From contig NW_021831989.1 in the NCBI RefSeq assembly GCF_006345805.1, forward strand, positions 124,001 through 188,000: DNA of 64,000 bases, given 5' to 3'. Numbering within the stretch: the first letter of the stretch is position 1; each line of letters starts with the position of its first letter. The position numbers and the translations under genes are program-made. The notes beneath the pieces were generated by a model. That model did no database searches. It had not been told where the DNA came from and saw only the letters and a program-made list of their open reading frames with translations. Source of the DNA: Octopus sinensis. Taxonomy: Eukaryota. Positions 63,641-64,000 of the stretch are shown one piece after another.

Positions 63641-63652
63641 ATTAACTGCCTA

Positions 63653-63795
63653 TCAAATTTGTAAAGTATTGAGGACAAATGCACAAAAACTATATAGTCA
63701 AATTCGCCCTAATAAAAACCCCGACTTGGGGCACCCTTGCTTTTTGGGGTGATTTTATTTTTTGTGCATTTTTCCTCAATAATTTACAAATTTGA
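63653..63795. repeat. 37-bp inverted repeat (fold-back/MITE-like) with pogo-type GGGGCAC motifs nearby
   Basis: 63653-63689 pairs with 63759-63795 with 2 mismatches. Confidence 0.75.
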
Positions 63796-64000
63796 AAACT
63801 ATCAAAACCCCAGTATGGGGCACTTTACTAGTTTATTTTACTTCATTATAACAAAAGTTAAAATTGCGAAGTGTCTACAAACTTCTTTTTAAAAGTAATG
63901 AAAAAATTTTTAATTGTGATGAAACATTTTTGTATGTTAAAAAATTTCCTTTATGTCAAATCTATAGAAAAATGTCATGGTACAAAATTCTTCTTTGTTA

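Noticed and set aside
1-64000. tRNA, rRNA, telomeric or spliced-leader repeats as CRE targets
   Set aside because: No such sequences recognised by eye, and the CRE flanks share no common motif; a tRNAscan/Infernal run would be needed to exclude them.

Overview
AT-rich eukaryotic genomic DNA from a compact, animal-like genome. Nearly every host gene is broken by tiny GT-AG introns, mostly 22-35 nt, so the ORF track shows only exon fragments. A reduced parasite such as a dicyemid or myxozoan is a guess, not shown. Host genes recognised by hand-splicing and recalled homology: SLC25A15-like carrier, HIRA, COQ8, a Maf-family protein, two tandem IGHMBP2 copies, a NUP96 gene with the autoprotease domain but no visible GLFG/NUP98 part, DIS3, an intronless omega-type fatty acid desaturase, a small Scm3/HJURP-like gene, DARS2, LRRFIP2, MED10, alpha-actinin and SPRTN. 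Roughly half the window is transposon-derived: at least 10 CRE-clade non-LTR pieces (6 with readable target-site duplications, one full-length with a PHD finger), a Buster-type hAT, Tc1, two pogo elements, a non-autonomous Helitron carrying a ~96-bp minisatellite, and LINE/RTE/integrase remnants. The most notable signals are the candidate CENP-A chaperone (43322-43988), the intronless desaturase, the NUP98-less NUP96 with an HFT cleavage motif, a GA-AG plus GC-AG intron pair in alpha-actinin, and a DIS3 whose PIN site appears catalytically dead. All homology calls are by eye and from memory; no searches were run.
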